Of a stretch of 64,000 nucleotides of DNA, positions 49,521-62,637 are shown in pieces (positions within the stretch are counted from its first letter, which is position 1; each line of letters opens with the position of its first letter). Origin of the DNA: Mobula hypostoma (Eukaryota); NCBI RefSeq assembly GCF_963921235.1, contig NC_086097.1:59274001-59338000 (forward strand). The letters are read 5' to 3'. Below the pieces are notes generated by a model, which worked only from the letters and a program-made list of their open reading frames with translations, searched no databases and was not told the origin of the DNA. Made by a program: the position numbers and the translations under genes.

Positions 49521-51804
49521 AGTTCTATCTCACTTCCTGTTTCTCCCTTGCACTTTCTCCCTCTCCGTCACTCTCAGTAACACACCATTTCCCGTTGTTT
49601 ATTTTCTATGCAACCTCATCCCCCCCCCCAGCCTGTCCACCCCACCCCATCTACCAGATACTAACTCCCTTGTTCTCTTTTCATGCTTTTCAAGCTAATT
49701 GATTTTGCAAGGCCTGCACAGGCAAGCCCTCCAGGTCTCCACCCAGCTAATTGGAGTCACTTTCCACTTATTTCCAACTCATCACCAGCAACCTATTTAA
49801 ACTCAACCCTCATCCACAGTCCTTGTTCACCCATCGAACCAGCCAGCCTCAACCACTTGTTCCTAGCCTTCAGTTACCTTGTTACTTTGTCATGTTAAGT
49901 ATCCATTCTCTCCTGTTTCGTAGTCCCTCACGGCATGTTATTATGCAGTTTATTATAGACATGATTGCTCCCTGTTACATTGTGACCACTGCATTGCATT
50001 TGGTCAAGACTCTTCTACACTTCCTGACAGGCTGGGTGAGTCAGTGAATGAACCAGCACCTTAACAAGTACGTGATCCAGAAGCAGCAGGAAACCATTAT
50101 CCATCTGTTCACCACTCTCAACCAACTCTCTATCTCATTATAACAACCCAACACCAGCCAACCACCTCCCTCAGAGCCCTTTGATTCCAGTTCCCTAACC
50201 CTTCGACGAATCCCCAAACCAATACTGCATCTTTCTGTCCCAGTGCATCTTCCACTTCGAGCTGCAGCAATCTTTGTATTCTTGGACCGAGACTAGATTG
50301 CCTACGTCATCTTTCTATCGACTGGGCGAGCTCTGACATGGGCTGCTGCTAACTGGGACAATAAAATGACTAACTGCAATAAATATAAGGAATTCACCGC
50401 TGAGATGTGCTGGGTGTTTGACCATCTGGGAAGTGGAAGGCAGGCAGTGAATTAGATACTTCGCCTGCGTCAAGGCTCACACTCGGTGATCGATTACACT
50501 GTGGAATTCAGGACCCTCACGGTGGAATGCGGCTGTAATGTGAATGTGCTGTGCGCTTCCTGCCCATTACCGTCGTTGCCTCTCAGAGCACTTAAAAGAT
50601 GAGCTAGCAGCCCAGGAGATACACACCAACCTTTGGCTCTCTATGTTGACAAGCATATTATGGACCACCCCTACAGATTACCAGCCAGAAACCCAGTTCC
50701 CCTCCCAGAAGCATTTCAGGCTGCAGAACACTTATCAACAATACCTGCAGAACCCTTGCTGTTTAGGAGAGCTCACCTAACACCTCGGCCCCCACCCCCA
50801 AGAGTGCGAGCGTCTGTGGAGAAACAACTTGTGCGCTTACTGCAGAGCAGCCAATCACTCACGTATCAAATGCCCACCGAATCTGAGAAAACGTTATTAC
50901 CAGATAGAGACGAGGGGCCTCCTACCTGCTGAGCTCCGTCCTGGCAGCTTGTCCAGGACCATAGCTCTGCCTGTTCTCCTCAACACCCTGATGACTCTAT
51001 GCGCACAGGGGGCTCCGGTGGATTCCAGTGCTGCAGGCAACTTTCTAGGTCAGATGCTGCGGTGTAGGTTGGACACCGTGCTGAGCCTATCTCACACCCC
51101 TTTCTGCATCACGGCCATTGATGAGTGTACCTTGGGGTTTGAGATGGTCAGAACATGAATATAGTCGGTGCTCATGAGCATTGGAGAGCACCATGAGTCC
51201 GTCCAATTCTCATCGACTCACCCAATACTTCTCTCATCTTGAGCTACCACTGGCTCTCCACTCACAACCCTCACTTCGCCTGGTCATCCGGTTCACTGCT
51301 GAGTTGGGGACCTGCCTGCTAAACCATCTGTCTGCAACCACAGGTAAATCAATAAATCAATGGAGACCCGTAAATCAGTGGAGATGGAAGAAACTCTCGA
51401 CCTCACCAAACTCATGCAGAATACCATGATTTAGCCATTACCTTCATTAAAAGAGAAGCCAGCAATTGCTACCTCACAGACTACATGACTGCACAATTGA
51501 ACTCCTCCCAGGCACCAGCTCTCCCCGAGTTCATCTGTTCTCCCACTCCACTCCTGAGATCCAAGCCATGAATGACTTCATCACTGAAGCACAACAGCAC
51601 AGCTTCATTCAACCATCCCAGTCTCCAGCTAGTGCAGGATTCCTTTTTTGTCAACAAGAAAGAAAGGTGTCTCCATCCCTGCGTCAACTACCATGGATTC
51701 AACAAAATCACCACTAAGAACTGCTACTCTTAATGGATAGTGCATTTGAAACACTCCACAGGACCCAGATCTTCACCATATTGGATCTACAGCACCCTTA
51801 CAAC

Positions 51805-52330
51805 ATGTTCAGAATAAAAGGTAAAGATAACAGGTGAAGGGAACTTTGGTTTTCAAGAGATATTGAGACCCTGGTTAAGAAAAAAAATGGAGGTGCATTG
51901 CCGGTATGGGCAGATAAGAACAAGTGAGCTATTTATGAAGTATAAGAAATGCAAAGGAACACAAGAAAGAAATCAGGAGGGCTAAAGAAGGCATGAGGTT
52001 GCCTTAGCAAATAAGGGATTCTACAGATACGTTAAGAGCAAAAGGATTGCAAGGGGCAAAATATTGTAGGTCCTCTAGAAAATCAGAAAGGTAATCCAGG
52101 TTACAGAGGAGGAGGTGTTTGCTGCTTTGAGGCAAATTAGGGTGGATAAATCCCCAAGACCTGACAAGATGTTCCCTCGGACCCCATGGGAGGCAAGTGC
52201 AGAAATTTTTGGGGCCTTAGCAGAGATATTAAAATCATCAAGAAAGGCTCTAAGAATAAACTAGGAAATTATAGGTCAGTGAGCCTGACTTCAGTAGTGG
52301 GAAAGTTATTGGAAGTTATTCAAAGGGATC
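51805..52330 (+). mobile_element. Internal CR1 ORF2 fragment inserted in the chromovirus RT
   Basis: GFYRYVKSKR, IRVDKSP.PD, KKGSKNKLGNYRSVSLTSVVGKLLE. Confidence 0.85.
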
Positions 52331-52442
52331 TTGACATGAGACGTCAACTGTTTATTCTTTTCCATAGATGCTGCCTGGCCTGCTGAGTTTTTCCAGCATT
52401 TTGTGTATGTTGCATTGGATTTCCAGCATCTCATGTTTATGA
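52331..52442 (+). mobile_element. Penelope terminal fragment (single arm)
   Basis: ACGTCAACTGTTTATTCTTTTCCATAGATGCTGCCTGGCCTGCTGAG...GGATTTCCAGCATCT. Confidence 0.8.
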
Positions 52443-53470
52443 CAAATACTTAGTGATGCTTTTCAGAATTTCCAACAGTTCAGCTATATTCCATGTCTTT
52501 ATTAATGAACTCCTCTGAGACATGCTAAACAGGCACATGCTCGTCTACCCCGACGACATCATCATCTTCTCCTAAGACCCCCAGAAACATACCTGTCATG
52601 TTTGTTCAGTCCTTCAGCATCTCCTTGAAAATCAATAATACTACAAATTAGAAAAATGCCAGTTCAACACCCCAATCACTTTCTTCCTGGGTTACATCAT
52701 TTCACTTGAATGCGTAACTATAGTTCCTGAGAAAGTGCGCACTGTCATTGAATGACGTTGGCTGTGTTTCCTCAAACATCTACGCTGTTTCTTGGGTTTC
52801 TTCAGAAACTAGCTGAATTGCTGCTGCTTTCACCTCCATCACCAAAACACCTATCTCATGAATAACCTGGTTGGTAGCCATAGCCAATGGCTTTGAGCAG
52901 CTCAGGAGATGCTTCACCACTGCTCCCATTCTCTACCAATCAAACTCTTCCAGATGTTTATGGTAAAGGTGGACATATCTGACATGGGTGCTGGGGCCTT
53001 CCTTTCCCAGTGAGAACTTGATAGTGTCCAGCCAGATTACTCCAGCATGGGGACCATGTCTGGCTGTCCACTTGAGATCTGCTCCATGCACTGACTCCCG
53101 CAATTTCTTTCCCAAGTTCATCAGTCCCTTCAGGTTCACCCATCTTATCAATCCACTCACTTACCATCTCGAGCTACCACCATCCTCAGGATCACGTCTA
53201 ACTTCCATGTTTCCTGCCTAAAGCCCGTTGTCCATGGACCATTCAAACCACCAGAGCCTGCACCTCCACAACCTAGGATGATGGATGGTGGTCCAGTGTA
53301 TATATTTCATCAGTTGCTGGATTCATGTCACAGTATATGAGGTGGACAATACCTAGTCAACTGGGAAGGGTCTGGGGTGCCGTCCAGTTTCACTTTGCAC
53401 CTTGGATCCATCAATCGAGGTAACATCTTTATCAATCATTTTTGCCCCTTTCCAGCTTACCTATATGTAC

Positions 53471-53784
53471 ATGGTAGCGTAATTGTTAGTATAATGATTT
53501 ACAGCAGCAGCAATCACCGATCAGAATTCAATTCCTGCTGGTGTCTGTAAGGGTTTTGTATGTTCTCCTCAAGACAGTGTGGGTTTCTTCTAGGTGTTCC
53601 AGATTCCTCAAGCACTCCAGATGTACGAGTTAGGGTTAGTAAGTTGTGGGCATGCTATTTTGGCACAGGACGCTTCATGACACTTCTGGGCTGCCCCAAC
53701 ATGTACTCTATTTGGTCATTGACGCAAATGGTGCATTTTACTGTATGTTTTGATATTTTGATATCGGTAAATGTGACAAATAAA
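53471..53784 (+). mobile_element. tRNA-derived V-domain SINE
   Basis: TGGTAGCGTAATTGTTAG / GAATTCAATTCC boxes, V-like TGTATGTTCTCC..GTGGGTTTCTTCTAGGTGTTCCAGATTCCTC, LINE-type tail. Confidence 0.75.
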
Positions 53785-54152
53785 TCATCATCATTATATG
53801 CTGTGCCATCTGTCATAGGTGATCGACTGTTCTTTGCAAATTTTTTTACAGGTGGTTTGCCATTGCCTTCTTATGGGCAGCGTCTTTACAAGGTGGGTAA
53901 ACCCAGCCATTACCAATACTCTTTCGAGGTTGTCTGATTGGCCTCAGTGCTCACAAAACCAGGGCTTACGAAATTCACCAGCTACTTATACAGCCATCCA
54001 CCAACTGCTCCCATGGCTTCATGTGACCCTGATTGAGGGCTAAGCAGGTGTTACATCTCACCCAAGGGTGACCTGCTGGCTAGCGGAGGGCAAAAGCACC
54101 TGACAACTCCTTTGGTAGAGATGTATCTCCACCCACCCCACCCCCCCACTCA
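53785..54152 (-). mobile_element. RTE/BovB-type bipartite non-autonomous element
   Basis: Minus strand GAAGGCAATGGCAAACCAC (BovB-like 3' motif) and (TGA)n tail. TSD TGACAAATAAA / TGACAAAAAAA. Confidence 0.75.
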
Positions 54153-54274
54153 TGACAAAAAAAGTTAACTTCTCAATCTTTCTGATAGTGTTGTGACCAG
54201 AACTACACACAATCCTCCAAATACATTCTAATCAATGTTCTGTACACGTGTAATAGCACATCTTGTACACAACT

Positions 54275-55345
54275 GCTGTAGACAGAATCTCAGATGGCGA
54301 TGAGGAGGCATACAGAAGTAAGATAGATCAGCTGGTTGAGTGGTGTTGCAATAACGACCTTGAACTCAGTGTGTGTAAGACCGAGGAATCAACTGTGGAC
54401 TTTAATAAGACCAAGAAATTGACTGTGGACTTTAGGTAGGGGAAGTCAAAGGAATACACACCTGTCCTCATTGAGGGCTCTGCAGTGGAAAGCATGTGCA
54501 GTTTCAAGTTCCTTGTTGTCAACATCCCTGAAGATCTAACCTAGATCCAACAGATTTCAATTGATGCAATTGCAAAGAAGGTATGTCAATGGTTTTATTT
54601 CATTCAGATTTTGAGGAGATTTGGTATATCATCAAATACACCAGCAATTTTCTATAGGTGTGTCATGGAGAGCATTCTAAATGGTTACATCACCATCTGG
54701 TACAGAGGGGCCACTGGATAGGATAGAAAGTGTTGTAGAGCGTGGTGAACTCAGCCAACTCCATAATGAGCACTAGCCTCCCCCGTGTTGAGGACATTTT
54801 CAAAAGGCAATGCCTCAAATAGGCAACATCCATCATTAAGGACCCTCATTACCCTAAACATGCCTTCATATTATTACTACCATCAGAGAGAGGAGGTACA
54901 GAAACCTGAAGACACACACTTAATGCTTTAGGAACAGCTTCTTCACCTCTGGCTTCAGATTTCCAAACACAAAATGAACCAATCCATAAATACTACAACC
55001 CTATAGTATTTTTTATATATTGCACTGTATTGTTTCAGAAATAACAACAAATTTCACAACACATGTCAGTGATATTAACAGACATGAGAAAGTCTGCAGA
55101 TGCTGGAAGTCCAAGGCAAAACACACAAAATACTGGATGAACTCATCAGGTCAAGCAACATATATGGAAATGAATAAACAGTTAATGTTTTAGGCCAAGA
55201 CCTTTCTTTAGTCCTAATGAAGGGTCTCAGCCTGAAACGTTGACTGTTTATTCACTTTCATAGTTCCTGCCTGACCTTCTGAGTTGCTTCAGCATTTTGT
55301 GCGTTTTGCCTCAGCGATAGTAAACATGATACAGATTTAGATTCA
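54275..55345 (+). mobile_element. Rex1/Babar 3' fragment
   Basis: WCCNNDLELSV.KT..TVDFR, FKFL..NI.EDL, FYRCVMESIL..ITIWY; 3' UTR split by a PLE foldback. Confidence 0.85.
55079..55310. mobile_element. Penelope-terminus foldback element
   Basis: Inverted PLE arms; right arm GTCCTAATGAAGGGTCTCAGCCTGAAACGTTGAC. TSD TCAGTGATATTAA / TCAGCGATAGTAA. Confidence 0.88.
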
Positions 55346-55349
55346 AATT

Positions 55350-55612
55350 TTGTACACAGTGCCTCAACTGATGAAGGTAATTGTATCAGATATTTTCTTC
55401 ATCACACTGTCTACTTATATTCCAGTTTTCAGGAAATGATGTACTTGCAGTCCATGGTCTCTCTCTGTTGAAGAAGTCTCCCCAGGGTCCTGCTATTCAC
55501 TGTGTATGTCCTACCGAAGTTTAACTTCACAAAATGCAATGCTTTCTACTTACCTGAGTTAAATTCAATTTGACATTCCCTCTCTCACTTTCCCAGTTGG
55601 TCTAGATTCTGT
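55350..55612 (-). mobile_element. Old CR1 fragment (probably continuing 54180-54270)
   Basis: Minus-strand WE...CQIEFN.GK and ILRSQ..RTYTVNS-like remnants. Confidence 0.55.
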
Positions 55613-55654
55613 TATAAAAAGTATTTTATTGTGTTATAAGAAATGTATGTGTGA

Positions 55655-57215
55655 TAAGACCATAAGACCATAAGACGTAGAAGCAGAATTTGGCCATTCA
55701 GCCCATTGAGCCTGCTCCTCCATATCATCATGGCTGATCCCAGATCCCACTCAACTCTATATTCTCACCATATCCTTTGATGCCCTGACTGATCAGGAGA
55801 TGATCAACTTCCACTTTAAATATGCCCATGGACTTGGCCTCCTCCACAGTCTGAGGCAGAGCATTCCACAGGTTCACGAGTCTCTGGCTAAAAAAATTCC
55901 TCCTCACCTCTGTTCTAAAAGGACACACATCAATTTTGAGCAGGTGCTCTCTAGTTCCGGATACCCCAAACAGAGGAAACATCCTCTCTTCATCCACCCT
56001 ATCTAGTCCTTTCAACATTCAGTGAGTTTCAATGAGACCTTCCCGCATTTTTCTAAATTCCAGTAAGTACAGGCCCAAAGCTGCCAAACGCTCCTCACAT
56101 GTTAACCCCTTCATTCCCAAAATGATCCTTGTGAACCTACTCTGGACTCTCTCCAATGACAACACATCGTTTCTGAGATATGAGGCCCAAAACTGTCGAC
56201 AATACTCCAAGTGCAACCTGACTAATGTCTTATAAAGGCTTAGTATTATCTGCTTGACTTTATATTCTGAACTCCTTGGAATAAATCCCAGCATTGCATT
56301 TGCCTTCTTTCCCACAGACTCTACCTGTAAATTAACCTTCAGGGAATCTTGCATGAGGACTTCTAAGTTCCTCTGCATCTCTGATGTTTGAACCTTCTGC
56401 TCACTCAGATAATACACTGCACTATTGTTCCTTTTACCAAAATGCATTATCATACATTTCCCAACACTATTCCATCTACCACTTTTACCCATTCTTCCAA
56501 ATTGTCTAAGTCCTGCTGCAATCGTATTGTTTTCTCAGCATTACCTACCCCTCCACCTATCTTCATATCATCCGTAAACTTTGCCACAAACCATCATTCC
56601 ATTATCTGAATAATTTACAAACAACATGAAAAGTGCCAATCCCAATACTGACCCCTGCGGAACACCACCAGTCACTCACAGCCAACCAGGAAGGGCCCCT
56701 TTTATTCCCATTCGCTGCCTCCAGCAAATGGAGTGACTGGCACTATCCATGCCAGTATCTTTCCCATAACGCCACAGGAGTTTATCTTGTTAAGCAGGCT
56801 CATGTGTTGCATCTTATCATATGCCTTCTGAAAATCCAAGTAAATGACATCTACTGCCTCTCCTTTGTCCACCCTGCTTTTTACTTCCTCAAAGAACTCT
56901 TAACAGATGTGTCAGCCAAGATTTCCCATTACAGAAACCATGCTGACTTTGACTTTTTGTCTCCAAATACTCCAAAATCTCATCCTTAATAACAGACTCC
57001 AACACTTCTCCAATCACTGAGGATAGGCTAACAGGCCTATAATTTCCTTTCTTTTGCCTTTCTCCCTTCTTAAAGAGTGGAAGTAACATTTGCAATCTTC
57101 CAGTCCTCTGTGACCATGCCAGAATCAAGTGATTCTTGAAAGATCATAATCAATGCATCTTTCATCTCTTCAGCAACCTCCCTCAGAACTCTGGGATGTC
57201 GCCCATCTGGTCTAC
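55655..57215 (-). mobile_element. CR1, 5'-truncated and decayed
   Basis: KKGNYRPVSLSS..SQHGF, LYKTLVRLHLEYC, RRNFFSQRLVNLWNALP; TAAGACCATAAGACCATAAG tail. Confidence 0.93.
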
Positions 57216-57309
57216 TGTGTTAAGTACTGGTTATTGAACAACGAAATATGGAAAAAGATACAAAGCTGTTTATCGTTTGTGCTATTGGATATTTTGTAAC
57301 AGGAGTGTA

Positions 57310-59918
57310 AGTGTAAGTGTAACTTAACAGCTTGTGGGTTGAGTTAAGCAACTGCAAGGATAAAAGGACCCTGATGGCAGTTATATACAGGCCTCCCAAC
57401 AGTAGCTGGGATGTAGACCACAGATTTCAAAGGGAAATAGAAAAGTCATGTCAAAGGGCAATGATATGATAGTCATGAGAGATTTTAACATGCAGGCTGA
57501 TTGGGAAAATTAAGTTGTTAATGTATCTTGAGAGTGAGTTTGTTGAAGGCATTTGAAATGGCTTTTTAGAGCAGTTTGACATTGAACCTTCTGGGGGCTC
57601 AGTTATACTGGACTGGGTTTTATGAAATGAACTGGAGCGATTAGGGAGCTTAAGGTAATATGATTAAGTTAAAATTCAAATTTGATAGGGAGAAAGTAAA
57701 GTCTGATGTAGCATTATTTCTGTGGAGTAAAACAAATTACAGCGCTATAAGAGAGGAGTTGGCCAAAGTAAATTGGAAGGAGCTGTTGGCAGAGATGACA
57801 GCAGAGCGGCAGTGGTGTGAGTTTCTGGGAAAAGTGAGGAAGGTGCAGGATCGCTGTATTCCAGCAAAAAAGAAATACTCAAATGGTGAAATAGTACAAC
57901 TGTGGCTGACAAGGGAATTCAAAGCTAATGTTAAAACAAAAGGGAAAACATACAACAAAGCAAAACAGTAGGTAGATAGAGGATTGGGAAGCTTTAAAAA
58001 CCTACAGAGAGCAACTAAAAGAATCATTTGAAGGGAAAACATAAAATATGAAAGCAAGCTAGCAAACAATATCAAAAAAACATCAAAATAAAAGCTTTTT
58101 CAAGTGTGTAAAAAATAAAAGAGAGACGAGAGTGGATATAGGACCACTAGAAAATGAGGCCAGAGAAATAATAACAGGGGACAAGGGGATGACAGCTGAA
58201 CTAAATGAGTATTTTGCATCAGTCTTCATTGATGAAGACACAAGCAGTGTGCCAGATGCACGCATAGAAGGGGAAGTGGGTACAGTTACTATTACAAGGG
58301 AGAAGGTACTCAAATAGCTGAAAGACTTAAGGATACATAAGTCACTCGAACAAGATGAACTGCATCCTAGGGTTCTGAAAGTGGTCATGTTAGAGATTGT
58401 GGAGGCATTAGTAATGATCTTTCAAAAATTATTGGAGTCTGGCATGGTGCCAGAAGACTGGAAAATTTAAGATGTCAATCCACGCTTTAAGAAAGGAGGA
58501 AGCCAGCAGAAAGGAAATTATAGGCCAGTTAGCCTGACATCAGCGGTTGGGAAGATGTTGGAGACAATTGTTAAGGATGAGATTATGGAGCACTTGTTGA
58601 CACAGGACAAGATAGGACAAAGTCAGCATGGTTTCCTTAAAGGAAAATTTTGCCTGGTAAACCTGTTGGAGTCCTCTGAGGAGATTACAAGTAGGATAGA
58701 TAAAGGGGATGTAGTGGATGTTGTATGTTTGGACTTTCAAATGGCCTTTGACAAGGTGCCACATATGAGGCTGCTTACCAAGATAAGAACCCATGGTATT
58801 ACAGGAAGGTTACTGACATGGTTAGAGCATTGTCTGATTGGTAGGAGTCAGTGTCTGGGAATATAAGAATCCTTGTCTGGTTGGCTGCCAGTGACTAGTG
58901 GTTTTCCATAGGGGTTGGTGTTGGGACCACTTTTTTTTCAGCTGAATAGCAAAGATTTAGATGATGAGATAGATGGCTTTGTTGCCGAGTTTACAGATGA
59001 TATGAAAATTAGTGGAGGGGCAGGTAGTTTTGAGGAAACAGGTAGGCTTAGACAGATTAGGAAAATGGGCAAGAAAATGGCTAATGAAATACAATGTTGG
59101 ATAATGCATGGTTGTGCACTTTGATAATAGAAATAAATGTGCAGACTATTTTCTAAACAGGGAGTAAAGCCAAAAATCTGAGATGGAAAGGGACTTGGGA
59201 GTCCCTGTGCAGAACACACTAACGGTTAACTTGCAGGTTGATTTGGTGGCAAGGAAGGCAAATGTAATGTTAGCATTCATTTCAAGAAGGCTTGAGTACA
59301 AGTACAGGGATGTGATGCTGAGGCTTTATAAGGCACAGGTGAGGCCTCACCTTGAGTATTGTGAACAGTTTTAGACTCCTCATCTAAGAAAAGATGTGCT
59401 GGCTTTGGAGAGGTTTCAGGGAGGCTCACAGGGATAATTCCAGGAATGAAAGTGTTAACATACGAGGAACATTTGATGGTTCTGGGTCTGTACTCACTGG
59501 AATTTAGAAAGATGGGGGGGGGGGTGCTCCTTGAAGCCTTGCGAATGTTGAAAGGCCTAGACAGAGTAGATGTGAAAGGATGTTTCCCATGGTGGGGTTG
59601 TCAAGAACAGGGAGAGCACAGCCTCAGGATAGAAGGGCGTCCATTTAAAAAAGAGATGCAGAGAAATTTCTTTAGCCAGAGGGTGCTGAATTTTTGTAAT
59701 TTGTTACCACAGGTAGCTGTGGAGGCCAGTTCATTGGGTGTATTTAAGGCAGAGATTGCTATGTTTTTGATTGGACACGGCATCAAAGGTTACAGGGAGA
59801 AGGCCAGGAAATGTTTTGAGGAGGGGATAAAAGGATTAGCCATGTTCAAATGGTGGAGCAGACTCAATGGGCCAAATGGCTTAATTCTGCTCCATTATCT
59901 TATGGTCTTATAGTCTTA
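57310..59918 (+). mobile_element. CR1 ORF2 (EN to 3' end), decayed
   Basis: VIYRPP, LNEYFASVF, SQHGFLKGK..DFQMAFDKVPH, FTDD, RNFFSQRVLNF; TCTTATGGTCTTATAG tail. Confidence 0.93.
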
Positions 59919-60009
59919 ACAAATATTGGAGATATTTAATCACTGTTATTGACCATCCACCATTTTTTTGACCTTCATGATTTTATTATAAGTTTATTAT
60001 TCTGCCTTC

Positions 60010-60375
60010 TTAAGGGGAAATAATCCCTGCTTATCCAATCTTTCCTCATTATTCATACCCTACAGTTTGGCAATATCCTTGTGACTCTTCTGCATAATTT
60101 CTAGCATAATTTCATCTTTCATATACTATAGTGACCAAAACTGCACAGAGTACTCCAGGTGTGATCTCACCAATGTCCTGTATATCTTTAACTTGATATC
60201 CCCTCCCTTATTTTTAATGAAAGCTAGCATGCCAAATTCCTTCTTCATCACATTGCCTACAGTGTCGCCACTTCAACAAACTATGTATTTGTATTCCTGG
60301 GTCTCTCTGTTCCACAACACTCTCCAGGGCTCTGTCTGGCTTTACCTCAAAATGCACCACTTCCCACTTGTCTGA
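60010..60375 (-). mobile_element. Ancient CR1 fragment
   Basis: GACCAAAACTGCACAGAGTACTCCAGGTGTGATCTCACCA reads LVRSHLEYSVQFWS on the minus strand. Confidence 0.75.
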
Positions 60376-60478
60376 GTTTCAATGAGATTTACAGAAAGAT
60401 ATTTCCTGCTTGGCATTGCTACCAGCTGCACCTCCAAATGTGCCCTTGTAACCAGCTGCCAGCTGCAGGGTCATCATT

Positions 60479-61108
60479 GGAGGAGGGAGGAGAAGATGGC
60501 GGCGCAGTGCAGTGCACTCAGCCGTTCCGAATGAATAGTGTACGTGTTAAGTAGGGGGCCGTGCACAATCCGGATTTGATGGAGACAGCCGTAAGAAGCG
60601 CAGAGGAACATCTGGAGTAACTTCTGAAATGCCTGCTTCGCTGCCGCTGCTACTGTGCGATCGAGAATCTCCGGAGACGAAGGCCCCAAATCCTTGGCTT
60701 TGCGTATCGCCTGTTTCCGGGGCTGGGGTCGAAACGCTCGGCAGAGATGGTGCTCGGTGCTCGGTGTCGAATAGGAGGTCGGAGGCTCAGAGTTTTTCGG
60801 ACGGACTCGGATGATTCCAGGATGCTGCACCGGGCTGGAGGTTTACTGTTTGTGTGAGATGATGGGACTTCTGAGAGACTTTGAGACTTTTACTGTGCCA
60901 TGGTCTGTTCTTATCAAATTACGGTATTGCTTTGCACTGTTGTAACTATATGTTATAATGATGTGGTTTTTGTTAGTTTTTAAGTCGTTTGGTCATGTGT
61001 TTTTCGTGATATCATTCTGGAAAAACATTTTATCATTTCTTAATGCATGCATTACTAAATGGCAATAAAAGGGCACTGCGTATCCTCATAATCATAATCA
61101 TAATAATC
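60479..61108 (+). mobile_element. CpG-rich non-autonomous element with AAGATGGCG head and (CATAAT)n tail
   Basis: GGAGGAGAAGATGGCGGCGC start, no RT motif, LINE-like 3' UTR, AATAAAA...CATAATCATAATCATAAT. Confidence 0.75.
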
Positions 61109-62637
61109 AGTCAGGGAACAGCATTCATTGATGTTTCACTCCCTTAACCCTGGTACATCTCCTGGTGGCGGGGAAGTGGTAGGGACATTTCCCTGCCACC
61201 CCTTACAGCATCCAGTGAGGTTAATCAGTCCCCCATTTTCTGTCCTCTGTCTTCAGCCACAGCCAAGGTTAAATTCTATCTGACTTTCCTTTTGCTGTTC
61301 ATCTAGCTCCTATTGTAGCTTCAGACAACCTGCTTCACTGTCCACCACTCCACCACTTTTGGTGCCATCCCCACACTTTTTGCAACCCACATTTTCACCA
61401 AGTTATTAATGTACGTGACATGCAGCAGTGGGCCCAGCACTAAATTCTATGGTTCACCACTGGTCAGACCTACTTTAATTGTTACATGTAGTAAGGTCAT
61501 TAACATGTTCTGTTGGACCATAATTATAAAGATGTGTCAAAAGGGTGGGCTTCCTTCAACTATTGTGCGTGATTGAAGTTTATGATAAAAGCTTGTATTA
61601 TCAATAACTTGTTAATTTAATGTAAACCACATCAAATGACTAATGAATGGAAAAGCTGATTTTATATTTTGCATTAACATTATATGTATCTTCTTCACAA
61701 AACAAATAACAGAGGTATGAAAGAAAAGGTGGATTTTACTTTGTCAATGTTGGCTTAAGAAATATTTTCCTTTTGAATGATGCTCAAATACAAAAGTTTA
61801 AATAAAAGAAGATGTTACTTGAATATTTAGTTGACTTCATGTCCACTTGTCAGGGAGAATGATATGAAATAGAGGGTCGAACTAGCATGCTAATACTTTC
61901 TCAATCCTCCTTCATTATCCAATGTGAGGAAATAATGCCGTGGAATATCAATCATTGAACGCACCTTGGTTAGAACAGAAGAGTATGAGAGGAATTAGAT
62001 CAGAATGAGTTGTCATCTAACAACAGTACTGAAGTGACAAAAGATATTAACCCCAAATTGTACAGACTTACGGCAAAAGCAGTGTGATTTTGAGGAGAGA
62101 CTTTGGAGGGAAGGAATTTGCCTTGGGTACCTAGTTTTCAGCTCATAAGGAATATCAATCAGCATCTATATTCACTTCCATACATACCATTCCTACTTTG
62201 TACAAGATTGCAAAGATGTTCACAATAACAAAGTCAGACAATTGCAATCAAAATTTGTTAAATTATGTGTGCACCAATCCACATAGTGTTTGGTTTAAAA
62301 CAAGAAATGGAGGCCAAACTGTGCTACAAGGAACCAAATATAGGACTGGTTAATTATTGCAGGCTGAAAATGAAACAGGAACTAAAAATACTGTAAATAG
62401 AAAACACCTTTTTGAAAGGAAATACAGAAAATGCTATAAATATTCATCAGATCAGGCAGCATCTGTGAAGAGACAAAATCAGAATTAATTTTTCTGAATA
62501 TTCAATATATTCAGATTGATGATTTTGTATTAGACTAGATAAAGCACAAACTTCAAATGTGCTTTAATTACCGAGAAGTGGAGAGCACAAAGGAATTCTT
62601 TTTACCTGGAGAGCTGTAAAGCCATTGAACAAATTTG

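Larger units (their letters stand above)
49706..53420 (+). mobile_element. Chromovirus-type (Sushi-like) Gypsy, decayed; probable 5' LTR 49706-50029; no 3' LTR seen
   Basis: gag HFELQ, WAAANW, LRQGSHSVIDYTVEFRTL, CAYCRAANHSRIKC; protease VDSSAAGNF; RT PHRLHDCTIELLPG..SPASAGFLF and VYPDDIIIFS; PKFISPF; chromodomain remnant LLDS..GGQYLVNWEG. Confidence 0.88.

Noticed and set aside
54377..54436. 30 bp tandem duplication in Rex1
   Set aside because: Real but only a trivial local slippage in a dead element.
62072..62130. Minus-strand exon candidate ending GCC/GTAAGT
   Set aside because: No polypyrimidine tract at the acceptor and no recognisable product.
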